A DNA stretch of 64,000 nt from Clostridiaceae bacterium (GCA_016285645.1 JAEERC010000044.1:35040-99039), one strand, 5' to 3'; positions 38,100-48,351 are shown, counted from the stretch's first letter. The notes: generated from the letters alone by a model not told the origin. A program made the numbers and translations.

Positions 38100-38586
38100 C
38101 TTTTTTATAAGTCAGGAATCTGAACACAAGGTCGTTGTATTCCATATAATCGCTCTCTTCGGCTATATACCAGCCGGGCTTTTTATCCATATCGGGGAAG
38201 AACTTTTCGGCGTCCTTGTCGCAGGCGTAAACCTTTGTTATGTACGCCGTGTCGCAGAAGTCAATCATCTGCGCGTAAACGGAGGCGCCGCCGCAGATAT
38301 AGACAGAATCCGTGTCGAACTCCTTAAGTTTTTCAAGCATTTCGTCAATGCTTCTGCACACGATTACTCCCTCGGGAGCCCAGTCCGGGTCGTCGGAGAG
38401 GGCGACGGTTGTGCGCCCCGGGAGGGGTTTGGCGCCGGGCAGGGAAAGCACGGTTGCCATGCCCATAACAACGACATTGCCCATTGTTTTTTCCTTGAAA
38501 TATTTCATATCGGCGGGGATGTGATAGAGCAGGTCGTTGTTGCTGCCTATGCCCCAGTTGCTGTCAACGCAGACTATTGTTTTCAT
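38074..38586 (-). CDS. folA: Dihydrofolate reductase
   Basis: WGIG....L...IPADMKYFK..T...VVVMG..T..SLP..KPLPGR, CGGASVY, D.FFP. Confidence 0.93.
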   Translation of the reverse strand: MKTIVCVDSNWGIGSNNDLLYHIPADMKYFKEKTMGNVVVMGMATVLSLPGAKPLPGRTTVALSDDPDWAPEGVIVCRSIDEMLEKLKEFDTDSVYICGGASVYAQMIDFCDTAYITKVYACDKDAEKFFPDMDKKPGWYIAEESDYMEYNDLVFRFLTYKKDENITADN

Positions 38587-38600
38587 CGGTAAAACCTCTC

Positions 38601-39431
38601 TTAAACCGCTACGGGGAATTTTGAGTCAAACTCGTGATATTTGTAATCGACAAGAGCCACGCTGTCCTTTGTGAAATCGTAGAAATCGGTAACGCTCTTG
38701 TCGAGCACGAACTTCGGAGCGTCAAAGGGCTTGCGCGAGATTAACTCCTCAACAATGGGCACGTGCCTGTCGTATATATGGGCGTCGGCTATAACGTGAA
38801 CCATCTCGCCCGGCTCAAAGCCGCTGACCTGCGCGAACATGCAAAGAAGCGCCGAGTACTGGCAGATGTTCCAGCTGTTGGCGGCGAGCATATCCTGCGA
38901 GCGCTGATTGAGAATGCCGTTTAATTTATTGCCCGTGACATTGAAGGTCATACTGTAGGCGCAGGGGTAGAGAGCCATCTCGCTCAGATCCTGATGAACA
39001 TAGATGTTTGTCATAATTCTGCGGCTCGCGGGGTTGTGCTTCAAATCATAGAGCACCTTGTCAACCTGGTCGAAATCGCCCTCGGGATAGTGGTGCTTTA
39101 CGCCGAGCTGGTAGCCGTACGCCTTGCCGATTGAGCCGTTTTCGTCTGCCCAGGCATCCCACACGTGGCTGCCTAAATCCTTTACATTGTTGGACTTTTT
39201 CTGCCATATCCAGAGCAGCTCGTCAACGGCGCTCTTGATGAATGTTTTTCTCAGCGTGAGGGCGGGGAACTCCTTCTGCAGGTCGTATCTGTTGACAATG
39301 CAGAATTTTTTTATTGTGTGCGCGGGCGTGCCGTCATCCCAGCGCGGGCGCACCTCTCTGTCTGTGTCCCATATTCCGTTTTCAAGAATATCCCTGCAGT
39401 TCTGAATGAATACTTCGTCAGCGTAGCTCAT
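38601..39431 (-). CDS. thyA: Thymidylate synthase
   Basis: ELLWIW, IGKAYGYQL, SRRIM, LYPCAY, QRSQDM, ADAHIYDRH. Confidence 0.96.
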   Translation of the reverse strand: MSYADEVFIQNCRDILENGIWDTDREVRPRWDDGTPAHTIKKFCIVNRYDLQKEFPALTLRKTFIKSAVDELLWIWQKKSNNVKDLGSHVWDAWADENGSIGKAYGYQLGVKHHYPEGDFDQVDKVLYDLKHNPASRRIMTNIYVHQDLSEMALYPCAYSMTFNVTGNKLNGILNQRSQDMLAANSWNICQYSALLCMFAQVSGFEPGEMVHVIADAHIYDRHVPIVEELISRKPFDAPKFVLDKSVTDFYDFTKDSVALVDYKYHEFDSKFPVAV

Positions 39432-39460
39432 AAAATCCTCCCGGTATATTAATGTTTAAT

Positions 39461-39994
39461 TTATTTAAGCAGATAGCCGCACATAAAGCGCGCCTTATCG
39501 ACAAACTCGTGGTAATCTTTATAGAGCACCGGCTCTTCCTTTTTGTTGCTTCTGTTATATACGATTATTCCCCCGTCCGTCTTTTCAACGCAGACCGTGT
39601 GAAGCCCCTTGAAGGGATGGTGGGCGTTCCAGAAGGAGATAATGCCGTATTTCGAGTATCTGAGGTGGTCGAAGAATTTGTCGAGGTTGAAGAACCTGTC
39701 TATGAAAATGTGGCGTTTGTCAAAGTATTTGTGAAGAAGATAGGGGTTTGAGCCGAACACGCCGAGCAGCACGCCGCTTTTCGGATACATCTCCCTCGCT
39801 ATTTCGGCAAGCCCGGGGTTTTCCATACCCTCGAGCAGAAGGAAGTTGTAAATGGCTATCATCTCGCAGCCGTTATAGGACATCGGAAAAAGCCCGTAGC
39901 GCATTTTGCTTACGGGTCCGCAGCCCTGACCGTTGACCGTTCCCCTGCCGAGATCTATTGTTTTGTTGACTTTGAAATTTCTTTTTTCAAGCAT
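39461..39994 (-). CDS. Hypothetical papain-fold (C39-like) cysteine peptidase domain protein
   Basis: YNGCEMIAIYN (Cys), GLHTV (His), IVYN (Asn) in papain-like order. Confidence 0.55.
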   Translation of the reverse strand: MLEKRNFKVNKTIDLGRGTVNGQGCGPVSKMRYGLFPMSYNGCEMIAIYNFLLLEGMENPGLAEIAREMYPKSGVLLGVFGSNPYLLHKYFDKRHIFIDRFFNLDKFFDHLRYSKYGIISFWNAHHPFKGLHTVCVEKTDGGIIVYNRSNKKEEPVLYKDYHEFVDKARFMCGYLLK

Positions 39995-39998
39995 CGTT

Positions 39999-40832
39999 TT
40001 ACTCCGCGCGGTCTCTTATATAGTTTTTGAACAGAGGGCAGAAATCGGTCTGAATTATGTCGAAGCCCCTGTCAATAAGCCAGCCCCAGCCGTAATCGGG
40101 CGATACGACAAAGGCGCTGTCGTCCGAATGGCCCGCGGCGAGCACGGCGTTCTTGTTATAGACTATGGCGTTGGCGAAAACAACCATCCCCCCGGCGTGC
40201 ATTTTTTCAATGTATTCCTGCGAGGCGACGGGTTCGTCCTCCTTTTCAAAGAGCACCTCCGCGCCAATGCAGTTTATGCCCTTTTCAATGAGCTTTTCCG
40301 TTATGTCGTCCCTGCTTCTGACAATCGGCATAAACATAAGGTCCGGCGCGCATTCAAGAATCTCTTTTATGTATTTATCTTTAATCGCGGATTTTACCAC
40401 AACCTGCTTTTCGACCCCGCATTTTCTTATGCACCGCGTGATGCCGGGTATGTCGGTCCAGTATTTGTCAACATTTATATAGCACTTGCCCCTGAGATAA
40501 TCGAAGACCTCCTCAAGGGTGTTTATTCCGAAATCGGTCACGCAGTCGTCCTGATTGACAAAGCGCAGTTTTTTTACCTTTTCGCTCTTCATTGCCGATA
40601 TGAATTTTTTCTTTCTGAGATGCGCGGGCTCCATACCGGGGTGAAAGACGAAATACTCACCGTCAATACTTTTGGTGATGTCGAGTTCTATCATATCCGC
40701 CCCGCTCATAACAGCCGCTTTGAACGCCGCCATCGTGTTGCAGGGAACATCCGCGCCGGACACTCCCCTGTGTGCGCAGAGCAGGGTTTTTCCCCTCGAG
40801 TTTTCGAAAATGCTTTTTTCAAAATCAAACAT
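39999..40832 (-). CDS. Glycerophosphodiester phosphodiesterase family protein
   Basis: AHRG, N..AAF.AA...GADMIELDI, FVFH, IIQTD. Confidence 0.88.
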   Translation of the reverse strand: MFDFEKSIFENSRGKTLLCAHRGVSGADVPCNTMAAFKAAVMSGADMIELDITKSIDGEYFVFHPGMEPAHLRKKKFISAMKSEKVKKLRFVNQDDCVTDFGINTLEEVFDYLRGKCYINVDKYWTDIPGITRCIRKCGVEKQVVVKSAIKDKYIKEILECAPDLMFMPIVRSRDDITEKLIEKGINCIGAEVLFEKEDEPVASQEYIEKMHAGGMVVFANAIVYNKNAVLAAGHSDDSAFVVSPDYGWGWLIDRGFDIIQTDFCPLFKNYIRDRAE

Positions 40833-40939
40833 ATAAAATCACCTTTAATATTTTAACATAGAGCACCGCCGCGGTCAACAATTATAAAACGGTTGTAACA
40901 CTTTTTATTGTGTGGTATAATCCGTTTGGAGGCGATATT

Positions 40940-41641
40940 ATGTTTGACGGAAAGTTAAAGGCGGTCACATTCAGTTATGACGACGGCGTTACGCAGGACA
41001 GGCGGCTTATTGAAATATTCAACAAATACGGTCTCAGATGCACTTTCAATCTCAATTCCGGGCTTCTCGGCAAGGCGGGGCTGCTCATAAGAGACGGAGT
41101 CACCGTAGCCCACTGCAAGCCCGCGCCCGAAGAGGTGCGCGCCATTTACGAGGGGCACGAGATTGCCTCGCACACGCTGACGCATCCCATGCTGCCCGAC
41201 CTCGGCGATGAGGAGATAATTGAGCAGGTTGAAAACGACCGTCTTAAACTCAGCGAACTCGCGGGCTATGAGGTTACGGGCTTTGCCTACCCCGGCGGTG
41301 GAGTAAATTTCAACTCACGGGTGGCTGAAATAATAAAGAACAACACGGGCATAAAATACGCCCGCACAACGGTCGCGAACGGCTCTTTCGATTTGCAGGA
41401 AAACCTTTTTGAGTTTGAGCCGACCGTTCACCACCACTCGCAGTTCGGCGAAATGGTTAAACTCGCCGAAAAGTTTATTGAACTCAAGCCCGACAAGCCG
41501 CAGATTCTTTACATCTGGGGTCACGCCTACGAGTTTGACATCTTCAATCAGTGGGCGGAGTTTGAGGAGTTCTGCAAAATGATAAGCGGAAAAAGCGACA
41601 TTTTCTACGGCACGAACAGAGAGGTGCTGCTCGGGAAATAA
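40940..41641 (+). CDS. Polysaccharide deacetylase family protein (CE4-like)
   Basis: TFSYDDG, HEIASHTLTHP, GFAYPGG, YIWGHAYEF. Confidence 0.9.
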   Translation: MFDGKLKAVTFSYDDGVTQDRRLIEIFNKYGLRCTFNLNSGLLGKAGLLIRDGVTVAHCKPAPEEVRAIYEGHEIASHTLTHPMLPDLGDEEIIEQVENDRLKLSELAGYEVTGFAYPGGGVNFNSRVAEIIKNNTGIKYARTTVANGSFDLQENLFEFEPTVHHHSQFGEMVKLAEKFIELKPDKPQILYIWGHAYEFDIFNQWAEFEEFCKMISGKSDIFYGTNREVLLGK

Positions 41642-41659
41642 ATCTGCGTACGATGAAGC

Positions 41660-42076
41660 GGGTATTTGTCGGCGCAGCGGTCAAAACTTGCAGGCGCTCC
41701 AAGTCGTAAGCAAGTTTTGGGCACCGCAAGAGGGCAGGTTATTGTCGCCCGCAACACGACCGTCCGCGAGGACACAGAATCGGCGAAACGATTCTGTCAT
41801 TGCGAGGCAGTGCGCACACTGCCGTGGCAATCTCGACAATTGTTGTAAAATAAACAGAGATTCCCACGGTCGAAACATGTTTCTCCCTCGGAATGACATA
41901 AAATACAGTTTCATCCGGAACGCCGGACGGCGTTCCCTGCATTTATAATCGGCGAAGCTCATAAATTACTCATTTCGCATTGCTCATTTCTCATTATAAA
42001 ACGGCACGGAAGAATCCGTGCCCTACGGTAAAAATGGATATTGCGGAAAACAGCGGGCGCAGGCTGCCGCCCCTGT
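41660..42076. repeat. REP-like mosaic cluster D (inverted homologue of cluster B)
   Basis: Minus-strand GTAGGGCACGGATTCTTCCGTGCC (42026), heptamer tract, GCAGGGAACGCCGTCCGGCGTTCC, GTCATTCCGAG...GCAATGAC (41897-41796). Confidence 0.9.
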
Positions 42077-42122
42077 ATTTCTCATAATAATTACGCCCGG
42101 CGCGAAGAGCACCGGGCTTCTT

Positions 42123-42755
42123 TTATTTAAGTTTCGCATTGAATGTGTAAACAACGAGGAGAGTTCCCTCACCGACGGATATCTCACCCGCTTCGCCGGT
42201 GAACTCGTTGCTCACTCCCAAAGGGTAATTGTTTGTGATTTTCGCGGTTTTGAGGGTGTATTTCAAGCTCTTTATGTTCACATCGCGGCACTCGGTATCG
42301 AGCGAGAAAACCGAGATATAGCCCGATGAGGAAGGGTCAAAAGTGAGTTTGCCGTTGTGAACCGCGGTGATAATCTCGTTGTCGCCGTAAAGATAAGCGG
42401 ACACGCTCTTCTCTGCGAGCATGGCGAGGGTCTGAATGTTGGCGAAGGTGTGCGCGCTTCTGCCGCCCGTGCCGCCGAAAATGTGTATCTCGCCGCAGTC
42501 GAGGGCAAGTGCCTGCTCAACCGCCTCAAAGGTGTCGGTTTTATCCTTCACGGGGTTCAGTTTTATTACATTTTCACAGTCCGTCACGGCGGTTTTACCC
42601 GAGTCAAAATCGCCTATTACAAGGTCGGGCTTCACGCCGAGGGAGTCAAGATAATCCGCTCCGCCGTCCGCCGCGATTATCACGCTTCCCGTTACGGGTT
42701 TTTCATATCCGTAATATGTGCCCGCGCAGAAAATACTGCACGCTTTCTTTTCCAT
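42123..42755 (-). CDS. thiN: Thiamine diphosphokinase
   Basis: IAADGG, IGDFDS, KDKTDT, GGTGGRSAHTFAN, LKYTL, GVSNEF. Confidence 0.93.
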   Translation of the reverse strand: MEKKACSIFCAGTYYGYEKPVTGSVIIAADGGADYLDSLGVKPDLVIGDFDSGKTAVTDCENVIKLNPVKDKTDTFEAVEQALALDCGEIHIFGGTGGRSAHTFANIQTLAMLAEKSVSAYLYGDNEIITAVHNGKLTFDPSSSGYISVFSLDTECRDVNIKSLKYTLKTAKITNNYPLGVSNEFTGEAGEISVGEGTLLVVYTFNAKLK

Positions 42756-42879
42756 TTTAATCACCTCTTAAAATATATTCCAAAGCACGGCGTTTTGTCA
42801 AATATATTCTTGAAATAATCAAATATTATGCTATAATTGAAATATGTTTCAGGCGAAAATTTTATAAAGGAGTCCGGTT

Positions 42880-44742
42880 ATGAAAAAATCACTTCTCAAA
42901 GTCGTTTCGGTAATACTCTGTATTTCGATGCTGTTTTCCGTGTGTTGCGTCTTCATAAGTGCCCAAACGCCGACCGACGACATCAACGAAAAATACAGTT
43001 ATCTCACCAACAAGAACATAAATCCCGATGAGATAAGCAACGCCGTTGTTATTCCGGGCGTTTTCCAGTCCAAGGTGCGCCTTTACAACGATGACGGCTC
43101 TGTGGCAACCGACAAGAATGGCAAGGAGCTTGAAATGCCCTTCTTCCTTGAGGACACGGGCAGCATTGTAAGTCTGGCTCTCAAAAAATGCCTTCTTCCC
43201 CTTCTGCTCACTCTGTTCACCCAGCACGACTGGGGCGGAAAACTCGCCAAAAGCGTTGCCGGGGTTATAGGCGAAGTGCTCGGCGGCAAGATTCTCTCCG
43301 ACAAAAACGGCGAGTTCGTTTATGACCAGAGAGCCGACTTTTATGACGGCTCAATAGCCGAGTTAAGGGAGCAGGGAAGAACGGACGACATCAAGTTCAT
43401 TTTCGACCAGATTCCGCTTGACGACTACGCCTCCATTGTGGGCGAGGACCACCTCTATTACTTCTCCTACGCCTCCTTCGGCAACATCGACAAAATAGTT
43501 GACCAGCTCTATGAGTTCATACTCAAAGCGGCTGAGAACTCACCCACGGGCAAGGCGATTGTAATACCCATAAGCCAGGGCGGCACTCTCGCCAATAACC
43601 TTCTTGAACGCTATCCGCAGGTGGGCGAGGTTGTTGAGAGAATGATTTACATTGTTCCCGCTCTCGACGGTACAGTGCTCCTCGGCGAGATTTTCGAAAA
43701 GGGCATCATCGACGATGACGAGGCGCTTTACAGGGATGTTTTCCCCATTCTGCTCGACGAGAGCACCGGCTCGCTCATAAACATCTTTCTGCGCATTCTC
43801 CCCAACAGCGTTGTAAACGCCATACTCGACGAGGCGGTTGACGAGCTTGTCGGCAAATATCTCAAATACAGTACCTGCATGTGGGCTCTGCTTCCGCAGG
43901 CGAATTATCAGGGAGCCGCCGACAAATACTTAAACGGTCCCGACGACGCCTTCATCCGCTCACAGACGGACGCCTTCCACGAGGGGCAGGTAAAGGCGAA
44001 GGACAATATAAAATATGAGATGGAAACCTACGGGGTTGAGGTTTTCGATATATGCGACTACAACGCCGCTCTCTACCCCATCTGCGACTCCTGGAACAGC
44101 ATGAACGCGGACGGCATAATCCAGCTCAATTCAACCTCCATGGGCGCCACGAGCGTCGCTGTTGATGTGCAGCTTCCCGAGGACTATGTTCCCGTTGACG
44201 GCGGCAAATATGTTGACAGCTACAATCTTGTTGACGCGGGCACGGGTCTTCTGCCCGACACCACCTTCTATTTCCACAACCAGAACCACGAGAGCACCGG
44301 AAGCAACGATGTTATTATGAAGCTCGCCATCTGCCTGCTCACCGATAAAGACTTCACAAGCGTAAACTCCTACCCCGACAAGTTCCCGCAGTTCAATGAG
44401 GGCAGAAACACCAAATCCTTCAGGAACCGTCTGAGGGACGCCGAGGCGATTGACCGGAGCAAACTCTCCGCCGAAAACGCCGCCGAACTCAGCGCGGCTA
44501 TAGAGCAGGCGGAAACGGCGCTTGCCCAAACCGTTGTTGACAGAGAGGTATCGGGAGCCGCCGACGCGAGACTTTCGAAGATTCTCAACAGGATTAACGG
44601 CATTTCCGACGAGCCGACAATAGGCGACGAGATTTCCGGTAAAGTCGAAAACGGGCTTACCGCGATGCTCAAGGTTATCAGCGCCGCCCTCTTCAGCCTC
44701 CTCGGCGGCAAGGGATTCTCGGATGTTTTCAGAATTTTTTAA
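42880..44742 (+). CDS. Secreted LCAT/phospholipase-like alpha/beta hydrolase with C-terminal helical domain
   Basis: Signal peptide MKKSLLKVVSVILCISMLF...ISA; VVIPGVFQS, PISQGG elbow, YIVPALDG, DGII, C-terminal H in NQNHE. Confidence 0.6.
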   Translation: MKKSLLKVVSVILCISMLFSVCCVFISAQTPTDDINEKYSYLTNKNINPDEISNAVVIPGVFQSKVRLYNDDGSVATDKNGKELEMPFFLEDTGSIVSLALKKCLLPLLLTLFTQHDWGGKLAKSVAGVIGEVLGGKILSDKNGEFVYDQRADFYDGSIAELREQGRTDDIKFIFDQIPLDDYASIVGEDHLYYFSYASFGNIDKIVDQLYEFILKAAENSPTGKAIVIPISQGGTLANNLLERYPQVGEVVERMIYIVPALDGTVLLGEIFEKGIIDDDEALYRDVFPILLDESTGSLINIFLRILPNSVVNAILDEAVDELVGKYLKYSTCMWALLPQANYQGAADKYLNGPDDAFIRSQTDAFHEGQVKAKDNIKYEMETYGVEVFDICDYNAALYPICDSWNSMNADGIIQLNSTSMGATSVAVDVQLPEDYVPVDGGKYVDSYNLVDAGTGLLPDTTFYFHNQNHESTGSNDVIMKLAICLLTDKDFTSVNSYPDKFPQFNEGRNTKSFRNRLRDAEAIDRSKLSAENAAELSAAIEQAETALAQTVVDREVSGAADARLSKILNRINGISDEPTIGDEISGKVENGLTAMLKVISAALFSLLGGKGFSDVFRIF

Positions 44743-44880
44743 ACAGTCGCTAATACTAAAGGAGCCGTTTATAATCGGCTCCTTGTTTTATGCCCTCCTC
44801 AATCTTGACTTGAGGATTTCTTTTGTGTAAAATTAAAAGCAATCATTATTCAATTTGAATGTCATAAAAGGGGTGAGAGT

Positions 44881-45804
44881 ATGGACGCTGCCGGGGTTTT
44901 TCACGGTTTGCTCAAAAGAAGCAGAATAATAAGAAGATTCCCTAAACAGGTGGTTTCCATAGGCAATCAGCTTGTATCCTCCCCTCTGACGGCTTATGTT
45001 CTGCGTTTTCTCAACCGTACCGACAAATCCGAAAAAGAAAAGACAAGGGAAGAAAAGGAATATTTTGACGGTAAGAAAAGCGAAATTGACAGCAACTGCG
45101 CCCTTTTCGGCGATGAAAAAAGCAGAAAGATTTACAGGGGCGTCATTGAATACAGGTCCACATTGAACCCGAAGGCAATAAAGAATCTCAGCGAGCACCC
45201 GAGGCATCAGTACGCGGACGGCGTTCTGCTTCCGGTAAGGTCAACGGAAGTGTTTGTTGACGTGGGCGCGGGATTCGGGGAATCCACGGAAACGGTAAAA
45301 AAATTCTTTAACGAAAACACGTCGGGAGAATTTTCCTTTCGTCCGGTTTTCATAGACGCCGATCCGTTCAACCTTGATATCTGCCGCAAAACGGCAGGCG
45401 GCGGCGGAGAAAATCTTTTTCTCGAATGTGTCTGCGCCCGGAAGTCGGGGGAAAAAGTCAGTTTTCTGTCCGGCCTTTATCTTTCGAGCAGAATAGTCGG
45501 AAACGGTGAGAATGCGGGCGTAAAGGAACGTGAAACGGCGGCTGTTGACGACCTGTGCGACACTTACAATATAGCGCCCACATACATCAAATATGATATT
45601 GAAGGCGCGGATTTTGACGCGCTTCTCGGCTCGGCGCGTACAATAGAAAAATACCGCCCGCGGCTGGCCGTCTCCATCTACCACAGGAAAGAGCATGTAA
45701 TTGAAATAATACAATGGATAAACGAGAACTATCCGTTTTACAAACTTTATGTAAGGCATTATTCCGGCGCGGCTTTTGACACGGTCCTTTACTGTATTCC
45801 TTAA
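44881..45804 (+). CDS. FkbM family SAM-dependent methyltransferase
   Basis: FVDVGAGFGES, IKYDIEGAD..AL.G....I....P.LAVSIYH. Confidence 0.88.
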   Translation: MDAAGVFHGLLKRSRIIRRFPKQVVSIGNQLVSSPLTAYVLRFLNRTDKSEKEKTREEKEYFDGKKSEIDSNCALFGDEKSRKIYRGVIEYRSTLNPKAIKNLSEHPRHQYADGVLLPVRSTEVFVDVGAGFGESTETVKKFFNENTSGEFSFRPVFIDADPFNLDICRKTAGGGGENLFLECVCARKSGEKVSFLSGLYLSSRIVGNGENAGVKERETAAVDDLCDTYNIAPTYIKYDIEGADFDALLGSARTIEKYRPRLAVSIYHRKEHVIEIIQWINENYPFYKLYVRHYSGAAFDTVLYCIP

Positions 45805-45887
45805 AATAAAAGCAAAAAACTGCTTCACAATCGAAGCAGTTTTTTTATTTCCGCGTCAGAGCAATCGGGAATAAAGACCTTTCGCTT

Positions 45888-46832
45888 TTATTTAAGATTC
45901 GCGTCTATAAACTCCGAAACCTTCTTTTCGTACTCCTCTTTCGCGTCGTAGTAACTGAAGGCGTGAACGGCGCCGGGAACAATCAGTTTATCCTTCGCAG
46001 TGGGGCAGGCGTCGTAGAGTTTGTGGCACATATAGGTAGGAACGAAGGTGTCGGCGTCGCCGTGGATGAAGAGCACGGGATTTTTGGCGTATTTCATCTT
46101 GCCCAGAGGGTCGGCGTCCTTTTTGAGGTCGTAGCCCGCGAGAAGTCTGCACCAGATGTTGCCGAGCGACACAAGGAACGGCAGGTTCATGCCGAGCTTG
46201 TCCTTTACGGTGTTCACCATTTCTTCATAGGCGTTCGTAAAGCCGCAGTCCTCAATAACGAGTTTGACCTGCTCGGGCGGGTTGCTCTCGTTAACGGTCA
46301 TAACGGTAGCCGCGCCCATTGAAATACCGTAGAGCAGTATTTCGATATCCTCGCCGAAGCGCTTGATGAGATAGTCAATCCAGTTGAGGATATCCTTGCT
46401 GTCGAGATAGCCGAAGCCGATTCTGTTGCCCTCGCTTCTGCCGTGGCCCCTGAGGTCGGGCAGAAAGTAGTTGTAGCCGCGCACATTGCGGTAGAATTTA
46501 AGGATGTGGCTGCACTCGTCGGGGCCGTTGCAGTTGTAGCCGTGAACGCAGATAATGAACTTGTTTGTCGGCTGCTCCGCGGGCACATACCACGCTTTGA
46601 GAGTGAGGCCGTCGGGCGATTTCATCGAGATATCCTCGGGGTTCAGGGAGTAGAGATAATCGTTGTTCGCCTTTCTCCATTCGTTCCTCTGAACCTTTTT
46701 CGGGTCGGTTTCGGGCTTCTTTACGCGCTTCGGGATAATACCGATTCTGAACGCGACAAACCCCGCCGCCGCGAGGATGATGAAAACGATGACAAGAATG
46801 AGAAGAATAATTCCGAATATAAGTCCCGGCAT
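45888..46832 (-). CDS. Membrane-anchored alpha/beta hydrolase
   Basis: N-terminal TM helix, VHGY, DLRGHGRSEG, GISMGA, LFIHGDAD.FVP, GAVHA. Confidence 0.9.
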   Translation of the reverse strand: MPGLIFGIILLILVIVFIILAAAGFVAFRIGIIPKRVKKPETDPKKVQRNEWRKANNDYLYSLNPEDISMKSPDGLTLKAWYVPAEQPTNKFIICVHGYNCNGPDECSHILKFYRNVRGYNYFLPDLRGHGRSEGNRIGFGYLDSKDILNWIDYLIKRFGEDIEILLYGISMGAATVMTVNESNPPEQVKLVIEDCGFTNAYEEMVNTVKDKLGMNLPFLVSLGNIWCRLLAGYDLKKDADPLGKMKYAKNPVLFIHGDADTFVPTYMCHKLYDACPTAKDKLIVPGAVHAFSYYDAKEEYEKKVSEFIDANLK

Positions 46833-46979
46833 AAAAATACTCCCTTCACATTTCCGTATTGATTAAAGTATATCATTTATATATTTTTAAATCAATACAA
46901 TATTTATTAAAAAAGCTCTTAACAAACGGAATATATTGTGTTATAATAACTTGTAATTTACATTTCCGGGAGAAAAGTG

Positions 46980-47783
46980 ATGATAAAAGAGCTCATCGGC
47001 AAAAACTGTATGGTTATGGCTCACAGGGGCGCGAACGCTTACGCCCCTCAGAACACCATGCCCGCTTTTCAGAAGGCGTTTGACATGGGCTTCACGAGTT
47101 TTGAAACCGACATTCACTGCACGAAGGACGATGTGCTCGTAGTGTGCCACGACTACAAAATAAACCGTGTTTCGGACGGCATTGGCAAAATCGCCGACTA
47201 CTCGCTCGATTTTCTGCGCACCTTCGACTTCGGCTCCTATTTCAACGACAGTTTCAGGAATCTGAAAATCGCCACGCTCGACGACCTTCTCAATCTTGTT
47301 TCGAGCGAGACCGCCTCGGGTATTATGAACATTGAGGTAAAGCACCCGCAGAACGGCGACAGAACCATTGTTGAAAAGCTGATTGACTCCGTAAAGGAGC
47401 ACGGGCTTTACGAGCGGCTGCTTATTTCGAGCTTTGACGCGGGGCTTCTCCTGCACGCGAAAAAATACGCTCCCGACTGCAGAACGGGGCTTCTCTACCC
47501 CGGTCCGCCCGACACGCAGAATTCAATCAAAAATTTTCTCATCCCGCCCTTTAACCTCGCCAAAAACATAGGCGCTTACTCGCTCCACCCCGTTCACAAT
47601 CTTATTACCGGGGATTTTGTGCGGAGAGCGCACGGCTTCGGCTTCAAGATATGCGCGTGGACGGTCAACAAAAGAAAGGATCTCGAAAGGTGCATAAGTT
47701 CGGGAGTTGACGCGGTTATTACGGATAATCCCGAACTCGCGAGAGACACAATAAACAGGCTCAACCTGCAGAAATATATCTGA
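46980..47783 (+). CDS. Glycerophosphodiester phosphodiesterase
   Basis: AHRGA..YAPQNT..AF, ETDIH.TKD..LVVCHD, NIEVK, WTVN, ITDNP. Confidence 0.92.
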   Translation: MIKELIGKNCMVMAHRGANAYAPQNTMPAFQKAFDMGFTSFETDIHCTKDDVLVVCHDYKINRVSDGIGKIADYSLDFLRTFDFGSYFNDSFRNLKIATLDDLLNLVSSETASGIMNIEVKHPQNGDRTIVEKLIDSVKEHGLYERLLISSFDAGLLLHAKKYAPDCRTGLLYPGPPDTQNSIKNFLIPPFNLAKNIGAYSLHPVHNLITGDFVRRAHGFGFKICAWTVNKRKDLERCISSGVDAVITDNPELARDTINRLNLQKYI

Positions 47784-47784
47784 T

Positions 47785-48351
47785 ATGAATGTTTACGATT
47801 TTGACAACACGATTTACGACGGCGAGACCCTCGTTGACATAGTCGCCTTTTTCGCGAAACGCGACCCGAAAGTGCTGCGCTATATACCGAAACTGCTCGT
47901 TCTCTGGGGCAAAGAGGTGTTTCACTTTTTCACAATCGAGGAGGCGCTCAGCGCGTTCAGCGGTTTTCTCGAGGGCTATTTCGTGACCATTACCGATATG
48001 GACAAACAGATAGTCGAGTTCTGGAACAAAAACGAGAAAAAGATAAAGCCGTTTTACAATGAGATACGCAGGGATGACGACGTGATTGTATCCGGCACAA
48101 CGGATTTCATACTTGAGGAGATTGCGAAAAGAATCGGGATAAAGAATTATATCTGCTCCTCAATCGACAGCAAAACGGGCAAGTTCATCCGCCTTTGTTA
48201 CAGAGAGAACAAGGTTGAGGCGTTTTACGAGCGCTTTCCCGGCGCTCACATTGAGAATTTTTACACAGATTCCATGAACGACAAGCCGATGATGGACATA
48301 AGCGACCATGTTTTTATTGTGAAGAAAAACAAAATAACGCAGATTAAATAA
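47785..48351 (+). CDS. HAD-IB family phosphatase
   Basis: VYDFDNTIY motif I, VSGT, FYTDSMND.PM. Confidence 0.85.
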   Translation: MNVYDFDNTIYDGETLVDIVAFFAKRDPKVLRYIPKLLVLWGKEVFHFFTIEEALSAFSGFLEGYFVTITDMDKQIVEFWNKNEKKIKPFYNEIRRDDDVIVSGTTDFILEEIAKRIGIKNYICSSIDSKTGKFIRLCYRENKVEAFYERFPGAHIENFYTDSMNDKPMMDISDHVFIVKKNKITQIK

